Below, in pieces: positions 34,953 to 62,454 of a stretch of DNA of 64,000 bases. The position numbers and the translations under genes are program-made. The stretch's first letter is position 1; the number at the start of each line of letters is the position of its first letter. Source of the stretch: Chrysemys picta bellii (taxonomy: Eukaryota). The notes under the pieces are model-generated. The model was given only the letters and a program-made list of their open reading frames with translations. It ran no database searches and was not told where the DNA came from. Location of the stretch: assembly GCF_011386835.1 (NCBI RefSeq), contig NC_088802.1:1736001-1800000 (forward strand), in the 5' to 3' direction.

Positions 34953-35274
34953 GTCCCCTGCGGGCCGCCCCCTGCCCCGGAAGTGCTCCCCCCTCCGCCA
35001 GCTCATCTCCCTGCGGGGCGGAAGCCGGGCAACACTGCGGGGCGGAAGCGACTCGACCAAGCCGGAAAGAGGCGGGATGGCGCGGGGCCGTGTCTCCCCG
35101 TATGCAAATGAGACGCCCCGCCCCCTCCGTGAACGCTCCGCCCTCGCGCCGGCGCACTGCGCCAATGAGCGCGCGCCTCTCCGCCAATAGGACGCGGAGC
35201 GGGGGGCGCCTGCGCGGTGCAGGGGGGGGCAGGGCAGCGCAGCGCAGAGCAGCCACCGACGGGCAGCGGCGAGG
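34953..35274. promoter_or_regulatory. SKIV2L/NELFE bidirectional CpG promoter with putative non-coding NELFE exon 1 (inverted contig)
   Basis: CpG-rich, two CCAAT boxes, GC box, ATGCAAAT octamer; + strand donor-like GG|GTCAGT at 35275. Head-to-head NELFE/SKIV2L is the known mammalian layout. Confidence 0.65.
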
Positions 35275-35339
35275 GTCAGTGCGGGACCCGCAACCTCCAG
35301 CCCCCCCCTCCCCCAGCTGTAGCAGCCCCTGGGGGTGGG

Positions 35340-35828
35340 CGTCTGCCCCGGTGCATCATGGGAGCGGTAGCGGGGTGTCCTGGTGCATCATGGGAGCGGT
35401 TGGCGGGGGCACCTGGGTGCGGTGGGGTTAGCGTCTGCCCCGGTGCATCATGGGAGCGATAGCGGGGGTGATGGGGCGCTGGGAGATTGGCGTCTGCCCC
35501 GGTGCATCATGGGAGCGATAGCAGGGGTGATGGGGCGCTGGGAGATTGGCGTCTGCCCCGGTGCATCATGGGAGCGATAGCGGGGGTGATGGGGCGCTGG
35601 GAGATTGGCGTCTGCCCCGGTGCATCATGGGAGCGATAGCGGGGGTGATGGGGCGCTGGGAGATTGGCGTCTGCCCCGGTGCATCATGGGAGCGATAGCA
35701 GGGGTGATGGGGCGCTGGGAGATTGGCGTCTGCCCCGGTGCATCATGGGAGCGATAGCGGGGGTGATGGGGCGCTGGGAGATTGGCGTCTGCCCCGGTGC
35801 ATCATGGGAGCGATAGCGGGGGTGATGG
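35340..35828. repeat. ~59 bp tandem repeat, probably NELFE intron 1, running into the gap
   Basis: Units GCGTCTGCCCCGGTGCATCATGGGAGCGATAGCGGGGGTGATGGGGCGCTGGGAGATTG. Confidence 0.85.
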
Positions 35829-36328
35829 NNNNNNNNNNNNNNNNNNNNNNNNNNNNNNNNNNNNNNNNNNNNNNNNNNNNNNNNNNNNNNNNNNNNNNNN
35901 NNNNNNNNNNNNNNNNNNNNNNNNNNNNNNNNNNNNNNNNNNNNNNNNNNNNNNNNNNNNNNNNNNNNNNNNNNNNNNNNNNNNNNNNNNNNNNNNNNNN
36001 NNNNNNNNNNNNNNNNNNNNNNNNNNNNNNNNNNNNNNNNNNNNNNNNNNNNNNNNNNNNNNNNNNNNNNNNNNNNNNNNNNNNNNNNNNNNNNNNNNNN
36101 NNNNNNNNNNNNNNNNNNNNNNNNNNNNNNNNNNNNNNNNNNNNNNNNNNNNNNNNNNNNNNNNNNNNNNNNNNNNNNNNNNNNNNNNNNNNNNNNNNNN
36201 NNNNNNNNNNNNNNNNNNNNNNNNNNNNNNNNNNNNNNNNNNNNNNNNNNNNNNNNNNNNNNNNNNNNNNNNNNNNNNNNNNNNNNNNNNNNNNNNNNNN
36301 NNNNNNNNNNNNNNNNNNNNNNNNNNNN
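35829..36328. other. Assembly gap (exactly 500 N)
   Basis: Run of N. Confidence 0.99.
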
Positions 36329-36598
36329 CCTGCACCGCGCAGGCGCCCCCCGCTCCGCGTCCTATTGGCGGAGAGGCGCGCGCTCATTGGCGCAGTGCGC
36401 CGGCGCGAGGGCGGAGCGTTCACGGAAGGGGCGGGGCGTCTCATTTGCATACGGGGAGACACGGCCCCGCGCCGTCCCGCCTTTTTCCGGCTTGGTCGAG
36501 TCGTTTCCGCCCCGCAGTGTTGCCCGGATTCCGCCCGCAGGGAGATGAGCTGGCGGAGGGGGGAGCACTTCCGGGGCAGGGGGCGGCCCGCAGGGGAC
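36329..36598. promoter_or_regulatory. SKIV2L promoter (bidirectional with NELFE)
   Basis: ATTGG at ~36364 and ~36386, GGGGCGGGG, octamer ATTTGCAT 36443-36450, ETS-like CACTTCCGG; CpG-rich. Confidence 0.75.
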
Positions 36599-52436
<15,838 letters not shown>

Positions 52437-52908
52437 CCCCGCCGTGACCTGCCACCTTTAACCTCTGTGAGGTCAGCGTCCCCTGCCCTCTGACCCATCA
52501 CCCCCCGGGCAAGGCGAGAGCGCGTGGACTGTGACTGGATCATGCTGACATTTCACCCCACTGTGTGATATGGGGGGGGGGGGGCAGGGGTCAGCCTCTG
52601 CCCTGTGACCTTTAACCTCCCCTGGGGTGGAAGGCTGTGACCTTTCACCTCTAGCCATGGAATCTGGCCTCTGCCCTTTGGCAGAGGGGGCTAGCTTTGA
52701 CCTTTCACCCCATGGCAGCTGGAGGTTGGAGTCTGACCTTTGCCCTGCAGCTCAGGGGTCAGTGGGTGGCAGCAGCCCTGACCCCTTCCCCCCAGCTCCC
52801 CTACTACTGGCTGACAGCGGGGCGGGGGGGGAGGGGTGGAAGGTGAGGGATTGTGGGGGGGAGACAGGGCTTCGGTGCCCCCCCAGTGGCCTCTGTGTCC
52901 AACCTGTT

Positions 52909-52914
52909 AATAAA
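52909..52914 (+). terminator. SKIV2L polyadenylation signal
   Basis: First AATAAA seen after the stop at 52436. Confidence 0.75.
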
Positions 52915-54043
52915 TCTGTCTCCAGCCACTGCCTTGTGGGGGTTTGATTGGGGAGCTCCCCGCTGCAGGGCTGAGCTATGGGGGGGAGGGGGGATGTGGG
53001 GCAGCTTCCCTGTTGGGGTCTGTGCCCCCCCATGCCCCAGCCTCACATCCCAACTGCTCCTGTGGGGCATTCAGGGGAGGGCCCTGTACTGAGAGCGTCT
53101 GACCCCTTCTAGGCCCCACCCCCTCCCAGAGCCAGCAGGAACCCAGGAGTCCGGTGCCCACCGTGCTGGTTGCAGTTTGGTATTCAGAAACACACACACC
53201 CCTTTCTCCCCCCTCTGCCCAGCACAGGTGGGCTGGTCCATGCCCCTCCTTCCCCCCCCCCACCCAGTGCAGGTGGGCTGGTCCAAGTGTGACTCCACCT
53301 CCACTTCTGTCAGTAACTGGTTCAGTCCATGAATACCCCACAAGGGGGGAGCAGAGATCCCTTAGCAATGGAATGTCCCATTGCGAGAGGTGAGCAGAAT
53401 GCTCACGTGACCATAGAAGGAGGAGTAGCTTTGAGGTGGACTGTTCCATTACAGCTGGGGGGGGGCGGGGGGCCTCTCCAGAGCCCCTGTTTGCTGATTC
53501 CAGCTGCTCACAGGGCCCAGGGACCTGCACAGCCAGGCCGGAGGGTTCTCCCTGCTGGGCCCCTCCTGCCCCTCCCAGGGGGTCACTCCCTTCCCCAGGG
53601 GCGGGGCTCTCCCAGAGGAGGGTGGAGCCTGTAGCTCCACCCCCAGTAACCTCTGACCCCAAGGAGCAGCTTCAGCCTTTAACTGGGTTGCCAAGGTCAA
53701 AGGTCAGGCTGTGCGAGCAGGTGCCCACAAGTGGGGGGGCCCCCTGGGCCCCTGCCAGCTTGTGACCTAAAGGGGGGCAGGTTCCATCTCTTACCCCCCC
53801 CATGACCTCCCTAGGTGCCCCATGGGGCAAAGGTCACACTCCCCCCTTCACCTTGCAGCTGGGGGTCATGACCTTTTCCTGCTGCTCATAGGCAGCCAAT
53901 CCTGCCCTTTACCCGTGTCACTCAAAGGTCACAGCCTGACCTTTCACCCTTTCTCCAGAGGGGGTCATGACCTTTATCCCCTCACACACATGCCCCCGGA
54001 AAAAGGGACATGGCAGTCTTGCGGCCCTGACCCTTGCACATGG

Positions 54044-54049
54044 TTTATT
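54044..54049 (-). terminator. DXO polyadenylation signal
   Basis: TTTATT on + strand, 29 nt beyond the stop. Confidence 0.85.
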
Positions 54050-54078
54050 GGTGCCCCCCCCCCGCGGCCCCCAGCAGC

Positions 54079-56886
54079 TCAATCCGGCCTCTTTCCTCTG
54101 CTGATGGTCTCCACGTACCAGGCCGGCAGGAAGACGTGCTCCGCGTCCCGGTGCCGGGTGTAGGACACGGGGCTGCCGGGCTCCCAGGCGAAGAGGTGCA
54201 CGAGTCTGGGGAGAGAAGGTTGGGGGGTGATAGCGGGGGGGGCCTGGGTTCTCTCCACGGCTCTGGGAGGCGAGTGGTGACTGGTGGGTTAGAGCGGGGG
54301 GGCTGGGAGCCAGGACTCCTGGGTTCTCTCCCCAGCTCTAGGAACGGAGTGGGGTCTAGTGCAGGGGTTCTCAACCTTTTTCTTTGAGTGCCTCGCCTCC
54401 CCTCCCCCGCTATAAAACTCCACGTTCTCCCCCCCGCCCCCGCCACAACCCCTGAAACCCGCTTGTGCCCCCCCCCCCGGTTGAGAACCCCAGGTCTAGG
54501 GGTAGGGGGGAGCACAGAGAGGCTGGGAGTCTCTTCTACTCACTGTGGATCATCCTCCGTCACCACCCTCTTGAGGAAGGCCAGGAAGGCCTCGCAGAAG
54601 TTCATGCACACGGCCGGCTTCCAGCAGCCCCGGTCGCCCTGTTTGGGGGGCAGGGACCAGCTTGAAATCACTGATTGGGGGGGCGCGAGGGGAAAGTGGG
54701 GCAGGGAAGGAACAAGGGGCTGGAGCGAGGGTCTACGGCAGGAGGGAGAGGCAGGGCTGGCCTGACACATGGGGTTGGAGGGACCCATGGGGGTAGAGAA
54801 GTCAGAGGGATCACAGGGGCTGAGGGGCCCAGTGACGGGGGATGGGGGACCTACACCAGTCGGAGGGGAAGTGGGGGCCTGGAGCTCATGTGGGGGGCAG
54901 GGCTGGCCGGGGGGCAGCTCCCCCCACTCACCCGGATCAGCTGGAAGATCTTCATGGTCTCGAAGGTCTCCAGCGCAGCCACGGAGCCGTCGGGGGCGCG
55001 GAAACCGGCCACGATGCGGGAGACCCCGGGCAGGAAGGACTGCGCCCACCACTTGATCAGCTTGTGCCTGGGGGGGAGGAAGGGGGGTCAGTCTGGGTCC
55101 CTTGCACACCCCCCAGCCTCTGCTCCACCCCCCACCCACGCAGGAAATGCAGGGTGGAGACCCCCCACCCGCCCTGGCCACGCAGGGAACGTACATCCAG
55201 GACAGCCCTAGGCTGGGGGGTTCCTTGGGGTGTAGCTGGGGGGCCGGGCCACAGGGGGGCTCTCACCTGTAAAAGCTCTTGCGCTGAGCGGGGCTGTGCA
55301 GCTCCTTGCACGTCTTGAGCTCCACGTAGCAGGCGGGGGCCTCGGGCCAGGCCCCACGGGGATCCGTGCAGTCCACCTCCCCGGCGAAGAGCAGCGAGTG
55401 GGAGCCCAGCCGCGTCCGCACCACCGTGCAGAACGCCTCGTTCGTGTTCACCACCCCCGTGGGGTCCGGGCTCCCGTCCGGGGTGTCTGGGGGGGGACAG
55501 ACAGCACAGGATGCCTGGGTTCTCTCGGCAGCTCTGGGAGGGGAGGGGGAGCGAGAACGTCTGGGTTCTCTCCCCAGGGCGGGGAGAGGAGGAAGACTAG
55601 TGGTGAGAGGGGGGGCGGGTTGGGAACCAGGATGCCTGGGTTCTTTCCCAGCTCTGGGAGGGGAGTGGGAAGCTGGAAACCAGGACCTCTGGGTTCTATT
55701 TACCCGCACACATGTAGCGCTCGAACTTGTAGCCCATGTAGGCCAGTTCCTGTAGCATGTCGGAGCGCTGCTCCCGCTGCTGCCGGGCCGCCGCCGTCTC
55801 CACCTCACTCACATAGAGGGTGCCCCGGAAGAGGCTGACGGCCAGCAGCCAGCCCTCCTGGCTCTCGTAGGGCGTCGTCAGCACCTTGGTAAGGTGCCCC
55901 CGCCAGGTCACGAAATCTGCGTTCACGGGGCGCCTGGGGGGGGGGGGGGGACGACAAGGGGGTGGCATTGCCATACACAACATCGGTAGGTTTCAGAGTT
56001 AACAGTTCTCCAGTGAGTGAACGGGGCCATCTGAGCCCTATGGTGTCAGGCTGTCGGCAGACTCAGGTATCCAGACCTGCACCCCCAGAGCCTGTGTGCT
56101 GTGTCTACCCCTCCCCCAGCCGCACCAGAACCGTGGGGCAGCCCATCCCAGTATGTGCAGGAAAGTGGGGGGTGTCTCAGGTCCCCTACCTGGCCCCCGG
56201 CCCCCATCTCCCTCCACTCATGCACTGGCTTCCCAGCGACCCCTCCTGCCTGGCAGGACCCCATTAAGCCACAGCGCCCCCTGCTGGCCCTACCCATAAC
56301 CCAAGGTGCCCCTAGGTCAGGGCAGGAGTCCCACCGCACCCCTTGCCAGCCTGGAGGACCCCACTCACTCCACAGCCCCCCCAGATCAGCAGTGGCCACC
56401 TGCTATTCCCCCTGGAGGACTCACCCCCGAGGTCAGCGGGGAGCCCCCCAGCGCCCCCTGCTGGCCAGGGGCTCTTGGACTGCCCCTCGCTCACCCCGCG
56501 GCGTCGCCCTGGGCCCGCAGCCGGTCCCGGTTCCCGGCCACCCACTGCAGGAGGTGCTCCAGCCCCTCGCGCCGGCTCTCGTCCCGCCGCACGTAGCGGT
56601 CGCGGTAGCCGTGCCGCAGGTCGAAGGCGGGATCCGGGTGCTCGGCGGGGGGCGGGGCGAAGTAGCGCAGCTGGCGGGCGTCGGGGTGGTAGCGGCGCTG
56701 GGCGTCCAGGGAGAAGCGCCCCTCCTCGGCCGGCCGGCGGTAGAAGGGGAAGGGCCCGTCGTAGAGGGACGGCTCCGTGGGCAGGGTGGGGGGGGCCCAG
56801 CGGCCGCGCTTGGGGGACTCCCCCGGCTCCGCGGGGGCCTCGGCGGTTCCGCTGCTGCGCTTGGCCGGGCGGGCGCTGGGCTCCAT
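54079..56886 (-). CDS. DXO: Decapping and exoribonuclease protein (DXO/Rai1 family), 399 aa
   Basis: Coding exons 56495-56886 (Kozak GCCGCCATGG; LYDGPFPFYRRP), 55704-55933 (VTWRGHLTK...YMGYKFE), 55267-55486 (GEVDC, YVELKT), 54932-55067 (KWWAQSFLPG), 54544-54638, 54079-54205. Total 1200 nt, in frame. Confidence 0.96.
54362..54493. mobile_element. hAT (Charlie-like) MITE in a DXO intron
   Basis: TIRs CAGGGGTTCTCAAC / GTTGAGAACCCCAG; 8-bp TSD GTCTAGTG / GTCTAGGG (7/8 match) resembling the NTCTAGAN Charlie target. Confidence 0.75.
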
Positions 56887-56989
56887 GGCGGCCTGGAACG
56901 GCGAGAGGGAGGTGAGAACGGGGAGCTCGGCTGAGATACCCCCTGCTCCCAACGGGGGACCCCTCCCTCGCCGGCCCCCTGGGGGGCAT

Positions 56990-57540
56990 TTCCCCTGTGG
57001 GCCCCGCCCCACCCCCAGCAGCTCCCTGGGACCCCCCAATCCCCCCCCAGCAGCTCCCCTCCCCCCCGGGACCCCCAATCCCCCCCCAGCCCTGGCAGCC
57101 TCCCCCGGACCCTCCAATCCCCCCCCCAGCAGCTCCCCTCCCCCCGGGACCCCCCAATCCCCCCCCAGCCCTGGCAGCCCCCCCGACCCTCCAATCCCCC
57201 CCCAGCAGCTCCCCTCCCCCTGGGACCCCCCAATCCCCCCCCAGCAGCTCCCCTCCCCCCGAGACCCCCCAATCCCCCCCCCAGCCCTGGCAGCCTCCCC
57301 CAGACCCTCCAATCCCCCCCCCAGCAGCTCCCCTCCCCCCCGGACCCTCCAATCCCCCCCCAGCAGCTCCCCTCCCCCCCGGACCCTCCAATCCCCCCCC
57401 AGCAGCTCCCCTCCCCCCGAGACCCCCCAATCCCCCCCCCAGCCCTGGCAGCCTCCCCCAGACCCTCCAATCCCCCCCCAGCAGCTCCCCTCCCCCCGGG
57501 ACCCTCCAATCCCCCCCCAGCAGCTCCCCTCCCCCCCCGG
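56990..57540. repeat. Minisatellite in DXO intron 1 (G-rich on the DXO sense strand)
   Basis: Units CCCTCCAATCCCCCCCCAGCAGCTCCCCTCCCCCCGGA. Confidence 0.88.
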
Positions 57541-57880
57541 GCCCCCTCCCGCCCTCTGACCTTTCACCCCGACGCCCGATCACTGTCCCTCCCGTCCCTC
57601 TCCGGTGACCTTTGACCCCTCCGTCATCGGGGAGCGTCGCGCGGCCCCGCCCCCGCCCCGCTGTTCGCCTCCGGACTCAGCGCCGCCTCGGTCCGCGCGC
57701 GCGGGCCCCTCCCACCCCCGCAACGCGCCAACTCTGACGCCATCAGACAGCGACGTGGGCGGGGATCCGGGTCCGGTGGGCTCGGGCCGTGACGTCATTG
57801 GGCCGCGCCCGGCAGAGGCGCTTGGACGCCGGAGCCTCGCGCAGCGTCAGTGGGGAGATGGGCGCTGACGTCATCACTCA
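57540..57880. promoter_or_regulatory. DXO/STK19 bidirectional CpG promoter
   Basis: Two perfect CRE palindromes TGACGTCA (57790-57797, 57866-57873), ATTGG at 57797, GC boxes, DR1 TGACCTTTGACCC (57606-57618); lies between divergent genes. Confidence 0.75.
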
Positions 57881-57889
57881 GGGACGGGG

Positions 57890-58240
57890 GCGGCTGGGGA
57901 GGGGGATCTGGCTGGGGAGGAGAGGGGGAGGGGATCTGGCTGAGGGGGAGGGGAGGAGAGGGGGAGAGGATCTGGCTGGGGAGGAGAGGGGGAGGGGATC
58001 TGGCTGAGGGGGAAGGGGAGGAGAGGGGGAGGGGGATCTGGCTGGGGAGGAGAGGGGGAGGGGATCTGGCTGAGGGGGAAGGGGAGGAGAGGGGGAGGGG
58101 GATCTGGCTGGGGAGGAGAGGGGGAGGGGATCTGGCTGAGGGGGAAGGGGAGGAGAGGGGGAGGGGGATCTGGCTGGGGAGGAGAGGGGGAGGGGATCTG
58201 GCTGAGGGGGAAGGGGAGGAGAGGGGGAGGGGGATCTGGC
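57890..58240. repeat. Purine-rich minisatellite upstream of the STK19 coding region
   Basis: Units GGGGGATCTGGCTG(A/G)GGG(G)AGGAGAGGGGGA. Confidence 0.85.
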
Positions 58241-58338
58241 TGGTAGGCAGAGGACCAGCTGAGGGGGGAGGGGGATGACCGGGATGGACTCGCCGGGGGC
58301 TCCCTCTGTGCTAACCCTCCCGTCCCCCCCCCAGCCCC

Positions 58339-61161
58339 ATGGAGCGCCGCCGCCAGCTGATCTCCAACACCCTGAAGGCCAAGAAGCGGAGGCTGCAGCC
58401 GGGACCGGACCCTGGGGATGCAGGAGAACCGGACAGACAGGGTAACTGGGGTGGGGGCGAGGCACCAGGACTCCTGGGTTCTCTCCCGGCTCTGGGAGGG
58501 GAGTGGGGGCTGGTGGGTCAGAGCAGGTGGGAACTGAGCCCCAGGACGCCTGGGTTCTCTCCCGGCTGACCCTGTGCTGTTGGTTGGCAGAGGGCCCCGG
58601 GGCGGTGGATTCGGCTCTCCGGTATCTTGCTTCCCTCTTCCCTCGCCAGCTGTTCGAGGATGCGCTGCCCCCCCTCGTCCTGAAGCACCAACTCTACAGT
58701 CTGGTGAGGGACCGCACGGCCGTGGACAGGCAGCTGGTAAGAGCCCCCCCCCCCCCCCCGTCAGACTCAGGGGCCCCTCCAGCCTGGGATCTCCTTCCCC
58801 AGGCTGCCCCCTGTGACAGGCTGGGTCACAGAAACCCAATTGGGAGCTGCCACCTGATGTTCTGGGGCTACCTCTGAGCCCGTTTCCCTGCCAGCCTGGG
58901 ACTTCAGTGCCCTGCCTTGTTGAGCCAGACACGCCAGCCTGCTGCAACCGCGACCCAGGTCTGGGCCATGCCCGCAAACCTGCAGCCTTAACTGAAAACA
59001 GCTTCAGAGGTGCTCCTGTCTCCAGCACCTAGTTCCCAATGGGGCCCAAACCCCAAATCAATCTGTTGTACTCTGTATAAAGCGTATGCAGGGTAAACGC
59101 ATCAACTGTCCACCCTCTGTAACCCTGATAGAGAGATGTGCACAGTTGTTTGCTCCCCCAGGGATTAATACTTACTCTGAGTTAATTAATAAGTAAAAAG
59201 TGATTTTATTAAACACAGAAAGTCGGATTTAAGTGGTTCCAAGTAATAACAGACAGAACAAAGTAAATTACCAAGCAAAATAAAACAAAACACGCAAGTC
59301 TGAGCCTAATATAGTACGAAACTACATGCAGGTAAATCTCACCCGCAGAGATGTTCCAAGACGCTTGTTTCACAGACTAGACTCCTTCCTAGTCTGGGCC
59401 CGTCCCTTCCCCGGGGACAGCCCTTGTTCCAGCTCAGGTGGTAACTCGGGGATTTCTCATGACTGCAGCCCCCTTTGTTCTGTTCCACCCCCTTTTATAG
59501 CTTTGGCACAAGGTGGGAATCTTTTGTCTTTTTGGGTCCCCACCCCGTCTACATGGCAAAGCCCCAGGTTTAAGATGGATTCCAGTACCAGGTGACATGG
59601 TCACATGTCCTGTGAGACCCCAGCCTCCATTCTTCCAGGTCTGACTCCCGGAAGGCTGCCTGCAAACAGAGCCATCCACAGCCAATTGTCCTGGTTGATG
59701 GGAGCCATCAAGATTCCAAACCCCCATTAACGGCCCCCACTTTGCATAATTACAATAGGCCCTCAGAGTTATATTTCCTATTCCTAGTTACAGATACACA
59801 AGTGATATCTGTCATATTTACACTCATAAGCATATTTCTATAAAGCATTATGGGGTGCAACGTCACACCCCCCCATTAACCTTCTCCCCCGCAGAGCCGG
59901 CTGAAGGACGAGGGGCTGATCCGGCTCTTCCAGCTTGGATTCGACTCGGACGTCTTCGGGGTGGCGTTCACCCAGGACTACACGGCCAAGGTGGGTCTCT
60001 GACCCCCCAGCAGGGCTGCCGAGGCCCCCGGCAGTGGGAGGGGGGTCCCCGCAGCCCTTGGGGGGGCTGGCTGGTGATGACAGGCCCCCCGTCTCTGCCC
60101 AGGTGCTGCAGTCCGTGGCGGGGAAGGAGCACGCCGGGACGGTGCGCAGGTTCCTGGAGACGGCGTTCGCCTCCTGTCCTGAACTCAGCTACGACAATGG
60201 CCGCATGCTGAGGGACTTTGGCTTCCGGGACCCGGACATCACGTGGGTGGCTGGGAGCGCGGGGGCGGGCAGGAGCCACGCAGCCTTCCTGGGCCTCGTG
60301 GCAGCCACGTTCCCCTTCCCCTCCTCACCCCTGCGCCCCTTGGTGTTCTATGCGGGTGTTCCCCACCCCAGAGGGGCCGCATCTCTGTGCCGGGGGAGGG
60401 GTTCCTGCATAACCGTCCCTGCATCCCATCCCAGGAGAGCAGACCCCAGCGCCGGGCGAGGGGTCCCTGGGTAACCAGCCCCTTGCCCCGCCCCAGAGGG
60501 GCTGCATTCCGGCACCGGGCAAGGGGTCTCTGGAGCGAAGGACAGTGAGGTGACGGGGTCTCTTCTCCTGTCCCCTGTCCCAGGCAGCTGGTAAATGCCG
60601 GGGTCCTGACCGTCCGTGATGCTGGCAGCTGGTGGCTAGCCGTGCCGGGAGCCGGGCGCTTCGTTAAATGCTTCATCAAAGGTTTGTGTGGGACACGCCC
60701 CTCCCCCCCCCCGCCAGCCCCTGCCCTGGAGCCGGGCCAGAGCCAGCGCCCCCAAGAGGGAAAAGGCCGACTAAGTCCGCTCTCTCCCGGCCCAGGGCGC
60801 AAGGCCGTGCTGGGGATGATCCAGAAGGCCAAGTACAAAGAGATTTTACTGTCGGATCTGCAGAGCCGTCGGGCTCCCAGCGCCGTGAAACTGGGGCTCC
60901 CCTACCATATCCATGACCTCATCGGGGCACAGCTGGTCGACTGGTACGTTACACACACACGAGCCGGGGAGAGAACCCGGGAGTCCTGGCTCCCAGCCCC
61001 CCTGCTCTCACCACTAGGCCTCACTCTCCTCCCAGAGCCGGGAGAGAACCCAGGAGTGCTGCCCCATCATCCCAGCGACTGAGCTAAGCTAACAGCCTCT
61101 CTCTGGTTTTCCCAGCATCCCCAGCACTTCCGGGACCCTGCTGCGATTGGCCGACTCCTGA
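58339..61161 (+). CDS. STK19: STK19/WHR1 winged-helix repair factor, 258 aa
   Basis: Exons 58339-58441, 58591-58736 (LFPRQLFEDALPP), 59895-59990, 60103-60242, 60584-60681 (LVNAGVLTVRDAGSWWLAVPGAGRF), 60796-60943 (YHIHDLIGAQLVD), 61116-61161 (STSGTLLRL). Total 777 nt, in frame. Confidence 0.95.
58812..59867. mobile_element. Solo LTR (~1056 bp) in an STK19 intron
   Basis: Terminal inverted TGTGAC...GTCACA, CCCCC on both flanks (TSD, low complexity), AT-rich interior unlike the host intron; no coding remnants. Confidence 0.75.
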
Positions 61162-61428
61162 CCCCGTGACCTGAGGAGCTCTGGGAGATCTGTGCCAAGC
61201 ACTGACTGACGCTGGGGCTCACCGTGGCCCCCTGCCGTGGGGACTGGCGTTTCCCATCATGCAGCGGGGCTCAGCCCCTGCGGAGTGACTGGGGGTCTAG
61301 GCGGTTTATTTATTTTGTGGATCAATGTTTGCACGGGAAGGGGTGAAGGATCGGGGCCTGGCCCCATGGGACTTGGGGGGGAAAGGGTGAGATTTGAGCT
61401 GTGGCTCAGCGGCAGGGCCATGGAGGGC

Positions 61429-61434
61429 AATAAA
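61429..61434 (+). terminator. STK19 polyadenylation signal
   Basis: AATAAA 267 nt after the stop. Confidence 0.75.
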
Positions 61435-61659
61435 TGGGGGTTTCTCTGCTCCCCGCAGCCTCCTGGGGTCCTGCTTCCGCGGCGCATCCCTGCCTGTCCT
61501 GGGCTGTGTGGGGGCGAGGGGCAGGCCTCGGGTCAGAAATCAATGGTTTGTGAAGGGGGGAAGCCAGGGCCAGGTGTGGGGTACGGTGCCCCCTATCTTG
61601 GGGTAGGGAATTGCAGCAGCAGAGACCCCTGTACGGAATCAATCCACTCCCCTCCCGGA

Positions 61660-62400
61660 GCCAAGGAGAGAACCTAGGAGTCCTGGCTCCCAGCCCCCAT
61701 GTTCTAACCCACCAGCCCACACTCCTCTCCCAGAGCTAGAGAGAGAACCCAGGAGTCCTGGCTCCCAGCCCCCCCTGCTCTAACCACCAGCCCCCACTCC
61801 CCTCCCAGAGCCGGGGAGAGAACCCAGGAGTCCTGGCTCCCAGCCCCCCTGCTCTAACCCACCAGCCCCCACTCCCCTCCCAGAGTCAAGGAGAGAACCC
61901 AGGAGTCCTGGCTCCCAGCCCCCTCTGTTCTAACGCACCAGCCCCCACTCCCCTCCCAGAGCTGGGATAGAACCCAGGAGTCCTGACTATCTGGTCTAAC
62001 TACTACACCGCACTGCCCACGTTCCCTGTCACCCCATGGGTGTCTCCGGGTTGTTTTTCTACCTGCTGTTTTAGCTCCAGGGCCTTGAGTCAGCTGGGCT
62101 GGGGCCAGTGAAATCCACCCTCTGCTCCAGTTAGTAGAGCATCTGCCCCCCTCCCGCCCACAGCTGGGAGAGAACCCAGGAGTCCGGGCTCCAGCCTCCC
62201 TGCTCTAATCACCAACCCCCTCTCCCCTCCCAGAGCTGGGGAGAGAACCCAGGAGTCCTGGCTCCCAGCCCTTCCCACCCCCTGCTCTGACCCACCAGCC
62301 CCCACTTTCCTCCCAGAGCCGGGAGAGAACCCAGGCATCCTGGCCCCCAGCCTCCCCCCCTGCCCTACCCACCAGCCCCCACTCCCCTCCCAGAGCCAGG
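61660..62400. repeat. Tandem block of the dispersed ~75 bp GAGAACCCAGGAGTCC repeat
   Basis: About 8 units between STK19 and the next gene. Confidence 0.88.
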
Positions 62401-62454
62401 CACTTGCAGAGGGCGCTGTCCCTTTAAGGGAAGGGAGATGGGCGGAGCCAGGAG

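Noticed and set aside
53290-53460. AT-richer patch with TCACGTGAC and a small GAGCA...TGCTC hairpin
   Set aside because: A single motif and a 5-bp stem are expected by chance; no ORF or element boundaries.
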